From positions 57,927 through 121,926 of the forward strand of contig JBHLOI010000002.1 in NCBI GenBank assembly GCA_048940645.1: DNA of 64,000 bases, in the 5' to 3' direction. Of the stretch, positions 20,198 through 29,450 are shown piece after piece. The DNA comes from Promethearchaeota archaeon. GTDB lineage: Archaea > Asgardarchaeota > Lokiarchaeia > Sigyniarchaeales > SOKP01. Below the pieces are notes generated by a model. The model worked only from the letters and a program-made list of their open reading frames with translations, made no database searches and was not told where the DNA came from. How positions within the stretch are numbered: position 1 is the stretch's first letter; each line of letters opens with the position of its first letter. A program made the position numbers and the translations under genes.

Positions 20198-21181
20198 ATG
20201 AAGATATTATTATTTGGTCCACAAAATGCAGGAAAGACTAGCTTAATGAGGACAACCTGCTTAGGATATAACTTCATGAAGGTTTTAAATCTAAAACCAA
20301 CAAAAGGTATTTCAAGAGAGAATTTTATCTTCCGCGGTATCATGGAACTCAACTGATTTTGCCATTTCGGGAATTTCTGAGAAGTTTGGGACGCGGGAGG
20401 CCAACAACGGTATATGGAGCGATATTTCTCAGATACACACCGAGAACTTATATTTTCAGAAGTTAAAACTGCGATTTTTATGGCAGAATCTACTGTTATT
20501 GAGGATAGAGTAAAAGAAGTCTTTGATAAATTTTTAACCTACCTCTTTGAATTTAGCCCTCAAACAGAAACAGTTTATGTTTTATTGAATAAAATTGATT
20601 TACAAGATTCAAAGGAAGATGAACTTTATAATTTATTAATTAAGGGCATTGATAGTGATTTGAAGGAAAAACTTATTTTTACTCCTGTGAGCGTAAAGGA
20701 GGGGAGTGCCCAACATCGTCTTATTGAAGTTTTAGATTTCGAAATTCAAAAGAATACTCTTGCATTGCAACGGCTAGGTAAAATAAGACATTTATTAGAT
20801 CAACTTAAAGTTAATACTTTATCTGAATATCTTTTATTTAATCAACCAGATGGCTTGTTAATAGCTTCAACTTTGGGCAAATTTGAACATAAACCTTTAC
20901 AGTTTATGAAATTTGAAATTGGAACGCTTGATTCTAATGTGTACCAGATCTTTAGTAAGATTATGGAACTAATGAATACTTCAATTTCACCTTTAGAATT
21001 AACTACTGTTATATATGAAAGTGAAAGCAATTATATTCTTGTAAAGGAAGTAAGCAATGGCTCGGTCTTAATGGCTGTTACCCATAATAAAAATAATGAA
21101 GTTTTTTCAAATGTTATGGAAACCCTCACTGGGGAGAATTTTATAAATTTAAAAAATTATTTAACTACTTCTGATTTTTAA
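20198..21181 (+). CDS. Rag/Gtr-like small GTPase with C-terminal roadblock-like domain; split gene join(20198..20353,20384..21181), 317 aa
   Basis: Exon 1: MKILLFGPQNAGKTSLM (G1)...LKPTKG (G2)...FRGIMELN. Exon 2: VWDAGGQQRYMERYF (G3)...LLNKID (G4)...SVK (G5-like), then YLLFNQPDGLLIAST roadblock-like region. The ORF track shows only 20414..21181. Confidence 0.88.
20354..20383 (+). other. candidate 30-nt bulge-helix-bulge (BHB) intron in protein-coding gene
   Basis: TGATTTTGCCATTTCGGGAATTTCTGAGAA; two in-frame TGA. CTCA(20348-51) pairs with TGAG(20378-81); 3-nt bulges ACT(20352-54) and AAG(20382-84); flanking pairs GAA/TTT and GA/TC. Cutting after the 2nd nt of each bulge removes exactly this segment. 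Confidence 0.82.
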
Positions 21182-21247
21182 AATATTAAAAAATTTTTTA
21201 AAATAAAAAATAAAGAATTTAGAAAAAATATCTGAAAATATTATCTA

Positions 21248-22105
21248 TTATTGTTCTTTTTCCATAAGTGTTTTTTTGGTTAATATATGTTGTTTTGCAT
21301 GATGAGGCCTTCTTAAAACAGTGTCATTTGATTTTTCTATCTCTCTTGCTTGATCACACATAAAAGCCGCAGTTCTCATCATTTCATGGGCGGCTGCTAA
21401 TAAAGGCATATAATCTTCTCTTTCTTTCAACACAAAGCAAGCTTTCGCTGTAACTTTTGAAACTGAAGCTGCTAACTCAAAAGCAGCAATAGCTTTTGCT
21501 TCTGCATATGGATTAGAAAAACCAGCAGCTTTAACAGCTTTAATAGCATCAACGATTATTCTTGGCATGCTAGGAGCTGTTCCTTCAAGCATGCTCATAA
21601 TTACCTTATTCAATTCTCCTGCAATAACTCGAAGTGCTCCAGTTATCGTAAGAACTTTTAACAAGTCCGAATTAAAACAACTCATTTCAGTTGGATCTAA
21701 AAAGGGTCTTCTTGCACCAATCATGCTATCACAGTTAACTAAAATGTATCCCATCCCTTTTTCTTCAATCTCTTCCACCGCCTTTTTCGCTGGAGCATCA
21801 GAAATTACAATAGTAGGAATTCCAGCCTCTTTAGCCATATCTCTAGCAGCTAATGGTCCTTTTAGAGCAGCATTCGGACTAGACATTAAAATAAGTTCTG
21901 GCTCCCACTTTAATAGATCTTTCATTGTTTCAGTACACATTTCTGGTGGATGCATTTTAGCACCTGATGTTACTTCATAGACATTAATTCTTGTAGCTTC
22001 AGCTCTTTCATCCATAAGGAATGCGAGCAATAAAGAAGAACCAATGGTTCCATTTTTAAGGATGCCGATTTTTAGTATTTTACCTTCTTCACTCATTTTT
22101 GACAC
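21248..22105 (-). CDS. mtd: F420-dependent methylene-H4MPT dehydrogenase
   Basis: LMDERA, TSGAKM, SPNAALKGP, DSMIGARRPFLDPTEM, FNSDLLKVL, NPYAEAKA, VLRRPH. Confidence 0.92.
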   Translation of the reverse strand: MSKMSEEGKILKIGILKNGTIGSSLLLAFLMDERAEATRINVYEVTSGAKMHPPEMCTETMKDLLKWEPELILMSSPNAALKGPLAARDMAKEAGIPTIVISDAPAKKAVEEIEEKGMGYILVNCDSMIGARRPFLDPTEMSCFNSDLLKVLTITGALRVIAGELNKVIMSMLEGTAPSMPRIIVDAIKAVKAAGFSNPYAEAKAIAAFELAASVSKVTAKACFVLKEREDYMPLLAAAHEMMRTAAFMCDQAREIEKSNDTVLRRPHHAKQHILTKKTLMEKEQ

Positions 22106-22260
22106 TTTTTTCTAAAATTAAATAATAATTTTACGTATTATTTTACTTACAATTTCCCACTATTTTTAATATTTCTTTAATTTTGATTCTACTATTTTAA
22201 AATTTTATATGAAATCAATGTCTAATTATTAATATTATTCAAAAAAAAAATCGAGTTGAG

Positions 22261-23178
22261 ATGAAAATGGAATTAAATGGAGTTGAAATAGAAGATACTT
22301 ACTGTGAAGCTTTTACTGCTGTTTTTACCAGAATTTTAGTCACAGCGAAAAATGAAAAATGGGTAAAAATAGCTAGTCAAGTAGCAACGGGTTATGGAAC
22401 ATCTACGATTCATTGTGATTCTGAAGCAGGCATCGATGTTTTTGTTCCATCAGAAAAGACACCAGATAAACGTCCAGGAGTCATTTTAATGTTTTTTAAA
22501 ACAAAAAAAGATCAAATGGACAATGTACTATTGAATCGTATTGGACAATGCATTTTAACTTGCCCTACAACAGCATGTTTTGATGCTATAAGTGGTTCAG
22601 TCGATCCAATTAAAGAATTCGAAATTAAAACAGGTTATAAACTGAAATTTTTTGGGGATAAATTTGAAGAAAAAATAGAAGGAGTATTTCCTTTCGAGGC
22701 ATGGAAAATTCCTGTAATGGATGGAGAGTTTATTGTTCAAAGCAATTTTAAGGTTGGGAAGGGAATCGCAGGTGGTAACTTCTTAATACTTTCAGAAAGC
22801 CAAGAATCAGGACTACAAGCTGCTGAAGCAGCAATTGAGGCGATAAAAGATGTTGAGAATGTTATTACTCCATTTCCAGGAGGAATAGCAAGGTCAGGAT
22901 CAAAAGTAGGTTCAAAATATTCCTTTTTAAACGCAAGTACTAACGACCCACTTTGTCCAACATTAAGAAAGGTCAGCGAAAATTCTCAATTAGGAGAAAA
23001 GGATAATTGTGTTTATGAGGTAATTTTGGATGGAGCAATTGAGGAGTCTATAAAGAAAGCTATGAAATTAGGTATTCAAGCATCAGTAAAAGTGCCTGGG
23101 GTTAATAAGATTTCCGCAGGAAATTATGGTGGTAAATTAGGTAAATTTCAGTACCGTTTACACGAAGTATTAATGTAA
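22261..23178 (+). CDS. ftr: formylmethanofuran--H4MPT N-formyltransferase
   Basis: IEDTYCEAF, TPDKRPG, RIGQCILTCPTT, FPGGIARSGSKVGSKY, ISAGNYGGKLG. Confidence 0.95.
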   Translation: MKMELNGVEIEDTYCEAFTAVFTRILVTAKNEKWVKIASQVATGYGTSTIHCDSEAGIDVFVPSEKTPDKRPGVILMFFKTKKDQMDNVLLNRIGQCILTCPTTACFDAISGSVDPIKEFEIKTGYKLKFFGDKFEEKIEGVFPFEAWKIPVMDGEFIVQSNFKVGKGIAGGNFLILSESQESGLQAAEAAIEAIKDVENVITPFPGGIARSGSKVGSKYSFLNASTNDPLCPTLRKVSENSQLGEKDNCVYEVILDGAIEESIKKAMKLGIQASVKVPGVNKISAGNYGGKLGKFQYRLHEVLM

Positions 23179-23212
23179 AATTTTGAAAAATTTATTTTAA
23201 ATTTACTTATTT

Positions 23213-24919
23213 TTATTTTAATTTTCGTTTTATCTTTCTTTGAGGAGGTTTCTTTTCTGGTTCTTCTTCTAGTTCAATTTCTTCAATTTCTTCCTCTGTT
23301 ATTTTTTCTTTTGGTGGTTTTTCCTTTTTCTTTTTTGGAGTTATTTCCTTTTTCTTAGTAATCATTGGTTGCCGTTCGACAAATTTAGTTTTGACTCTTT
23401 TATATGAAAAGGCTATTCCTGCTAATATTCCAAAAACTAAGCCTATAATTAACATAATCAAAGGCATTAAGGGTGTTAATTCATCAGGAATAATTCTTAT
23501 TTCTTTTGGCCCAAGTCCAAAATCAGAAGTAACGTGAGTCGTATCCCCATCCTCGTCAGTTACAGAAATGTAGACATACCAAACACCTGTGATTAAATTA
23601 ACTGATCGAATTAATAATGTCATACTATCTGAATATACTTTTGTAACATTATGCCAATTATCATTTTCATCTAATAGACTAACAGTTACATAGGCAATTG
23701 TGTCTTCTACATCAGAAATATTAAAAGTGAAGATCATATCTTCTCCATAATTTATAGCAATGCTTTCTTCAATACCCAAACCATTTATCCAGAATTCATG
23801 GATTTCTGGAAAGTTATTTTTTATTGTTAAAGTTTCATTATAAGTACTTACTCCATCAAACTGATCTTTAACCTTCAAAATTGCTTGATAAATTCCGACT
23901 GGCTTATCAATATCTATTGAAAAAGTTCCATCAAACGTCCAGTCTTTGTTGTTACTCAATAGATACGGAGTCTCTTTTTGTCCAATAGATGTAATCAATA
24001 TTAAAGAAACATTAAGATATCCTGGTCTTGTATTTGGGTCAGCATCAGATACATTCAAGGAAATGTGGCAGTCTTCATCTCTATTAAATTCTTGTAATGA
24101 AAAATTAACTGATAATTCACTTATTTGTGGGATTGAATTTAAAACTTTAAACGGGATATAAGCAGCGATTTTCTTAGAAGGTGAATCATCTGACATATTA
24201 ATTTTAACATAATAGATTTTATTAGGTTGAGTAAATCTATCATCTATCTGAAATGAAAAGTGCTGAATATTATTTCCTAAATCAAAAAGGTTTACTTGAA
24301 TACTTTCAGATATACTATCAACAACTGTTACATTCCAGTTGAAATTATAAATGTCGTGATCATCTACATAAAGGTTTCCATCTACAAAGTCTCCTCTATT
24401 ATGCTCAAAACTATTAAGGCCTGCTACATAATTCGATTTAATAGTGAAATTTGTATAGGTAGTATGAGCATTTACTATTTCATCCGATATATTATAGATT
24501 AAAAAGCTAACATTTTGAAACTCTAATGGTGCGAATGATTTAGGTGAATATACATATGAATATATATCAGTTTCAATGAAAGACATGTTGTAGTTACCAA
24601 CACTTCTATTAGAAAAATCGATTTGCATGAATGTGTATTTCACATTATCAAAACCAGAAACATTAACAGTAAATTTAATAGATTCAAAGAATCTATATAC
24701 AATTGTATCATTTCTTGTTATTGAAGAAAAATTTAGAGCTTTTTTTCCACTTTGGGAGGTTCTTATGTCTTTTAAATTTACTTCATTTACATTATTATCT
24801 AGATTTGAATAGCTATTATTTTGTGTAATTAAAACAAGATTGAAGGAAATTCCAAGAAAAATAAATAGAATAAAAGTGCTTCTTATAAAATTCTTGTAAT
24901 TAATCATTTTTTTGTTCAT
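23213..24919 (-). CDS. secreted/membrane-anchored beta-rich (Ig-like repeat) cell-surface protein
   Basis: N-terminal hydrophobic signal; beta-rich repeats (NVSDAD, NISDVED, VTDEDG); many NxS/T sequons; C-terminal TM and K/E-rich tail; 4-bp overlap with upstream gene. Confidence 0.7.
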   Translation of the reverse strand: MNKKMINYKNFIRSTFILFIFLGISFNLVLITQNNSYSNLDNNVNEVNLKDIRTSQSGKKALNFSSITRNDTIVYRFFESIKFTVNVSGFDNVKYTFMQIDFSNRSVGNYNMSFIETDIYSYVYSPKSFAPLEFQNVSFLIYNISDEIVNAHTTYTNFTIKSNYVAGLNSFEHNRGDFVDGNLYVDDHDIYNFNWNVTVVDSISESIQVNLFDLGNNIQHFSFQIDDRFTQPNKIYYVKINMSDDSPSKKIAAYIPFKVLNSIPQISELSVNFSLQEFNRDEDCHISLNVSDADPNTRPGYLNVSLILITSIGQKETPYLLSNNKDWTFDGTFSIDIDKPVGIYQAILKVKDQFDGVSTYNETLTIKNNFPEIHEFWINGLGIEESIAINYGEDMIFTFNISDVEDTIAYVTVSLLDENDNWHNVTKVYSDSMTLLIRSVNLITGVWYVYISVTDEDGDTTHVTSDFGLGPKEIRIIPDELTPLMPLIMLIIGLVFGILAGIAFSYKRVKTKFVERQPMITKKKEITPKKKKEKPPKEKITEEEIEEIELEEEPEKKPPQRKIKRKLK

Positions 24920-27669
24920 CTCCTTAATAATTTATGTTTTATTTCTTTATTTTTATAAAATAAAACAATAGCGATGGGAATAAGAATAGGTAATAAATAA
25001 AACACGACGAAATTGAAGGTTGTAAGTTCAACTTTTATATTAAAATAAAATTGGGCAATAATGTTATTAGAACTATCTCTTAAAACAAATGTGTAAGATT
25101 TTGATGTAAAATCATAAGGGTTAATGGTGGGTAACACCTCTGCGGTAACTGTATTTCTTCCTGGACCTAATCCATTGATATTAGTCTCTAGCTTTTCTCC
25201 ATTTGCATATAATGAAAAAATTTCAGAGATTTCTTGGTTATTTTGAATAATCACAATAAAATGTGCGTAATCTCCCTGGGGTACAACGCTAGGAAAGGTT
25301 ACACTCAATATTTCAAATTTCTTAATAATTTGAATTGAAAAGGATTTAGTATAAAAGATTGTATTGCCTTTTTTTATATTCATCTCTATTTCTGTTGTAT
25401 CAGATATTATATTATCTGCTAATTCTATTGAATAAAATACAGTTTTAGTTTCACTTTTTAATAAAGTGATTTCCTCTACTATCTCTTGAGCTAAATCTTC
25501 GCCTGAGAAAGTAATATTGAGATATTGTGAACTATTGGGTAGAAAGTTTAGAAGTTTTAGAGATAAATCAATAATTCCTCCACTTGTTACTATACTTTCA
25601 TAAAAAAAATCTGCATAATCAAATGAGTAACCAATATCTATAATTCTTATAATTTCTAAATAAAGAATATTATCTTTTTTAAGTTGAAACGTTAAATTGT
25701 GGTCACCTAAATCAGCATCAAGTACAGCTATTAAGTTAAATGATATGTTAGTTAAAACCATTGTCGGTAGATATACAATTTGTGAGCCGTTATAAATATC
25801 ATCTCCTTCCATAGACATATTTAATGTAACATCTTCATTCCGAGTATTATTTATTTGAAGCGTTATATTATAAGTTGGACCTTGGTAGACCCTTTTAGGT
25901 AATCCTAAAATTCCTTCATATCTTAATCCAGATATTATATTATAACGTTTTAAGCTAATAGCCGTCGCAAAGATTGAAGTATTTGCATATATATATAAAT
26001 AATAGCCACTCCCGACTGGCATAGAATCATTAATATTATATAATAATGTTATGGACTCATCAATTATTTGGTGCTGTCTCTTTTCTAGTAATGTACCATT
26101 TGGATATTTGAATAGATATGTAATATCGGCAGAAATTATGTTATATTGGCTTTTATATATCTCATACTCCTCAGTAGTTGTATTATAAAAATCAAGATTT
26201 TTTTCAAATGAATAAACACATGTAATATTCATTGTATCCTCATTAAAAATATAATCTGGAATTTCTTCTGACACATTATATGAAGCTTTAATCACTGTAC
26301 TGGTATATATATCATCCGCATACAAATAAGCTTCACTTAATTTTAAATTAGCATAGAAATTCTTATTATTATTAATAGGAGAATCAATAGATAATCTGTA
26401 AGCGTTTACTGTTTCATCATAAAAACTATTTTCAAATGTCTCATGCAGTTGCCAAGCTCTATTATAATAAGTTATATTACCTGTGGTTTCAAATAACTTC
26501 ATGCATGCCATTAATGTAATAGAATTTGATTCTAATTCTATAGTTCGAATAGCGCCTGAGATATCCCATACTCCATCGCGACTGTATTCATAGGCATTAA
26601 ATCCTGGATCCCACATTGCTTCTAGCTTATTAAAAAGGTTTTTAGCAAATTGTAAATATAATGAATCATTTTTCATTCCATTTACTTTCCAAATTTCGAT
26701 TAAAGTGATTATTCCTAATGCGTTGACAGATAAATATTTATAGTCACTGCCTGTAGTCCAATCCTGTAAAGAATAATATTTAAATCCCCCGTTTGTATCA
26801 TCCCATACGTTTGCTAGGAGTTTATTCATTGTATTATTTGCTAATTCAAGTGCTTTGTTGCTTATATCTTGATCCAGATCCAGTTTTTCATAGAGTTTGT
26901 GAATCTCCAAATTTGCTAATATGGCATATAAATTACTTTCTGTATATTTATCCGTGGTTGAGTTATGGTGATAAAACCCTGCTTTTGAAGAGGTGTCCCT
27001 AAATTCCGTTGAATTTATAAGATCAAACATTTCTTCAAGAGAAGATATATAATTAACATCCCCTATATTTTCACCAATGTTTTCAATTAAAAGAAATATA
27101 GGCATTAAGTTATCAATAAGATACCTGTCATAATTATATACCTTATTAGTTTTACCATTAATTGACCTCACAAATCCATATTTCTTTAGATTAATGTCAC
27201 CTTCATACCATAAAGGAGATTCCCTTAATAATAAATAATTATCATATGTTGCACTTGGACTAATATCATCTTTTAATAGGGACTTATATAATAACAAATT
27301 ATCAATAGGATATACTCTATCATCCAGAATACTGCCTGTGCTATCTCCCTCTCTATAATATGTATCTATTTGTAGGGTTAAATCTGATTCATAATTATTT
27401 CTAAAAAAATTCCATATTTTGTCAAAATTTTTTTTAAAAGGATCTTGAAATACATATCCAATATCTGCCGAATTAATAATAATTGGCTGATCTTGATTAT
27501 TATCATATTGTAAAGATGAACTTTTATTTTCAGAATGATAAAAATTGTTAAAAATATAAAAAAAATTCAAAACACAAATAAAAACTAAAAATAGACATAA
27601 AAGTTCCTTTTTATTGAGTCCATTTTTTCTATATTTCATCTGAGAACTAGAAGTTTTTAAGAGACTCAT
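24916..27669 (-). CDS. large membrane-anchored surface protein with six-hairpin glycosidase-like (alpha/alpha)6 region and Ig-like domains
   Basis: Signal/TM; repeated helical hairpins ending WDDTNGGF, WDPGFNAY, YDETVNAY; LFETTGNITYYNRA; beta-rich C-terminal half; C-terminal TM plus basic tail. Confidence 0.65.
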   Translation of the reverse strand: MSLLKTSSSQMKYRKNGLNKKELLCLFLVFICVLNFFYIFNNFYHSENKSSSLQYDNNQDQPIIINSADIGYVFQDPFKKNFDKIWNFFRNNYESDLTLQIDTYYREGDSTGSILDDRVYPIDNLLLYKSLLKDDISPSATYDNYLLLRESPLWYEGDINLKKYGFVRSINGKTNKVYNYDRYLIDNLMPIFLLIENIGENIGDVNYISSLEEMFDLINSTEFRDTSSKAGFYHHNSTTDKYTESNLYAILANLEIHKLYEKLDLDQDISNKALELANNTMNKLLANVWDDTNGGFKYYSLQDWTTGSDYKYLSVNALGIITLIEIWKVNGMKNDSLYLQFAKNLFNKLEAMWDPGFNAYEYSRDGVWDISGAIRTIELESNSITLMACMKLFETTGNITYYNRAWQLHETFENSFYDETVNAYRLSIDSPINNNKNFYANLKLSEAYLYADDIYTSTVIKASYNVSEEIPDYIFNEDTMNITCVYSFEKNLDFYNTTTEEYEIYKSQYNIISADITYLFKYPNGTLLEKRQHQIIDESITLLYNINDSMPVGSGYYLYIYANTSIFATAISLKRYNIISGLRYEGILGLPKRVYQGPTYNITLQINNTRNEDVTLNMSMEGDDIYNGSQIVYLPTMVLTNISFNLIAVLDADLGDHNLTFQLKKDNILYLEIIRIIDIGYSFDYADFFYESIVTSGGIIDLSLKLLNFLPNSSQYLNITFSGEDLAQEIVEEITLLKSETKTVFYSIELADNIISDTTEIEMNIKKGNTIFYTKSFSIQIIKKFEILSVTFPSVVPQGDYAHFIVIIQNNQEISEIFSLYANGEKLETNINGLGPGRNTVTAEVLPTINPYDFTSKSYTFVLRDSSNNIIAQFYFNIKVELTTFNFVVFYLLPILIPIAIVLFYKNKEIKHKLLRR

Positions 27670-27800
27670 ATTGAAATCTATTTAGTTTTGAATTTGTTTT
27701 ATTTTAAAAGGTATATTTTTTAAAAAAATTTTCTTCTCTTTAAAATCTTTTTCTGAAAACCTCGGTTTTTTAGAGATATTTTAACTTGAATTTTAATCGT

Positions 27801-29282
27801 TTATTTATTTATTATATTTGGAACTTCAGAAATCTCCACTCTAACTTGATTCATCGAATCTCTCTCTCTAATAGTTACTGTGTTATCTTCAAGTGATTGA
27901 TAATCGATTGTTATACAAAATGGGGTTCCTAATTCATCTTGTCTACGATATCTCTTCCCAATAGATCCTGCTGCATCATAGAAAGATTTAATTCGGAGTT
28001 CAAGTAAATTACGATGTATTTTTATTGCTAAATTTCTTATTTTTTCTTTATTTCTTACTAATGGAAATACAGCTACAGTATTAGGGGCTAAGTCCTTTTC
28101 TAGTTTTAGATTTATTCTTCCATCTTCAACACTAAATGCATTTTCTAATAATGTATAGATAATTCTATCGATTCCAAAAGCAATTTCAAGGATTTGAGGG
28201 ATTTCTTTTACATTTGGATCAGATCCCATGCTTACCTTAAAATCTTGCTTTGAATAATCTCCATGTCTTTTTAAATCATAATCAGTTCGGTCGTGTACCC
28301 CACAAATTTCAACCCATCCAAATTGATTAGTCTTTATTTCTAAATCCCAAGCATCATCAGCATAATGGGCTCTCTCATGAGGAGAATGTTGCCTGTATCT
28401 TATTACTTCTTCAGGAATACCTACTTTTTTTGTTAAATAATAGCCTAAATAAAGGCAATAAGCGAAAGCGGGTTTCTTTAATATTTTTTTATTTATTGCT
28501 TGCTCAAGAGATATTAGATTAGGTGTATCTATTTTTTTTTCTTGGATTTGCCAGTCTAGTAATGGTAATTTGAATTTTTTGATCTCAGAATAATCTTCAA
28601 AATCCATTTCTTGCTCCTTACCTATAAATAATTGAATTTCAAACTGATCAAATGCTCTCATTCTTAATATTAATTGTCTTGGAGAGATTTCATTTCTGTA
28701 TGCTTTTCCATATTGATAGATTTTAATCGGGTATTGTCTTCTAGCATCTTGATCTAATCTATTGAAAAGCAAATACGTGGTTGTAGCTGTTTCTGGTCTT
28801 AAATATGCAATTGTATCATTTCCAACAGTAGTTTTTAACATTAAATTATATTCTTCAATTTTATAGACAACATTGCTACATTTTGGGCATAAAATTCTAT
28901 TCTTTTTAATTAACTCTTCCATTTCTTCAAAGGAAAGCCCATCAATTATTTGATCGGGTAGAGCTTCTTGAAGCAGTTTATCAACTCTATATTGAGTATT
29001 ACATTCTTCACATTTTATTACAGGATCAATAAATCGTTCTAAATGGCCTGAAGCTCTCCATACGACCTCAGGCATAATTGTGGGGCATTCAACTTCCCCA
29101 AATCCAAAATATCTTAACTCTCTTCTAAGCATGGATAAAATATTATGCTTTAATTCCATTCCAGCTGGACCATATGAGTAAAAACCCGCTAAACCACCAT
29201 AAATTTCTGGTGATGGGCCCCATATGAATGAACGTCTTTTGATCAATGAATTAAAGGTTTCTATATTATCCTCGATTTTCAT
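27801..29282 (-). CDS. glyS: glycine--tRNA ligase (archaeal/eukaryotic alpha2 type)
   Basis: EIYGG, SGH, YLRPETA, YRNEISPR, RAHYA, GSIGKRYRRQDELGTP. Confidence 0.95.
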   Translation of the reverse strand: MKIEDNIETFNSLIKRRSFIWGPSPEIYGGLAGFYSYGPAGMELKHNILSMLRRELRYFGFGEVECPTIMPEVVWRASGHLERFIDPVIKCEECNTQYRVDKLLQEALPDQIIDGLSFEEMEELIKKNRILCPKCSNVVYKIEEYNLMLKTTVGNDTIAYLRPETATTTYLLFNRLDQDARRQYPIKIYQYGKAYRNEISPRQLILRMRAFDQFEIQLFIGKEQEMDFEDYSEIKKFKLPLLDWQIQEKKIDTPNLISLEQAINKKILKKPAFAYCLYLGYYLTKKVGIPEEVIRYRQHSPHERAHYADDAWDLEIKTNQFGWVEICGVHDRTDYDLKRHGDYSKQDFKVSMGSDPNVKEIPQILEIAFGIDRIIYTLLENAFSVEDGRINLKLEKDLAPNTVAVFPLVRNKEKIRNLAIKIHRNLLELRIKSFYDAAGSIGKRYRRQDELGTPFCITIDYQSLEDNTVTIRERDSMNQVRVEISEVPNIINK

Positions 29283-29450
29283 TATTTCTTTCTCCTCTGC
29301 GATTATTATTTAAAGAAATTTTTGATAATATTTGTATTTTAAGAATTCAAGTTAGTCAATTCTAATAATATAAATTTTTATATAAGAAAAAGATAGTATT
29401 ATTATATTTTTAAGTGATTATATCAAATTATATAAATTTAAAATTTTAAA

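Noticed and set aside
20354-20380. Selenocysteine or other TGA readthrough as the explanation for the two in-frame TGAs
   Set aside because: Readthrough would leave 10 extra residues in the beta strand before G3, and the TGAs do not match conserved Cys positions. Precise BHB excision explains both stops and the spacing.
20198-21181. Simple pseudogene
   Set aside because: The only lesion is one in-frame 30-nt block with no target-site duplication, bounded exactly by BHB cut sites; all G motifs are intact. Not fully excluded without transcript data.
20414-21181. 255-aa ORF as the complete gene
   Set aside because: It begins after G3; G1-G3 are encoded in frame upstream.
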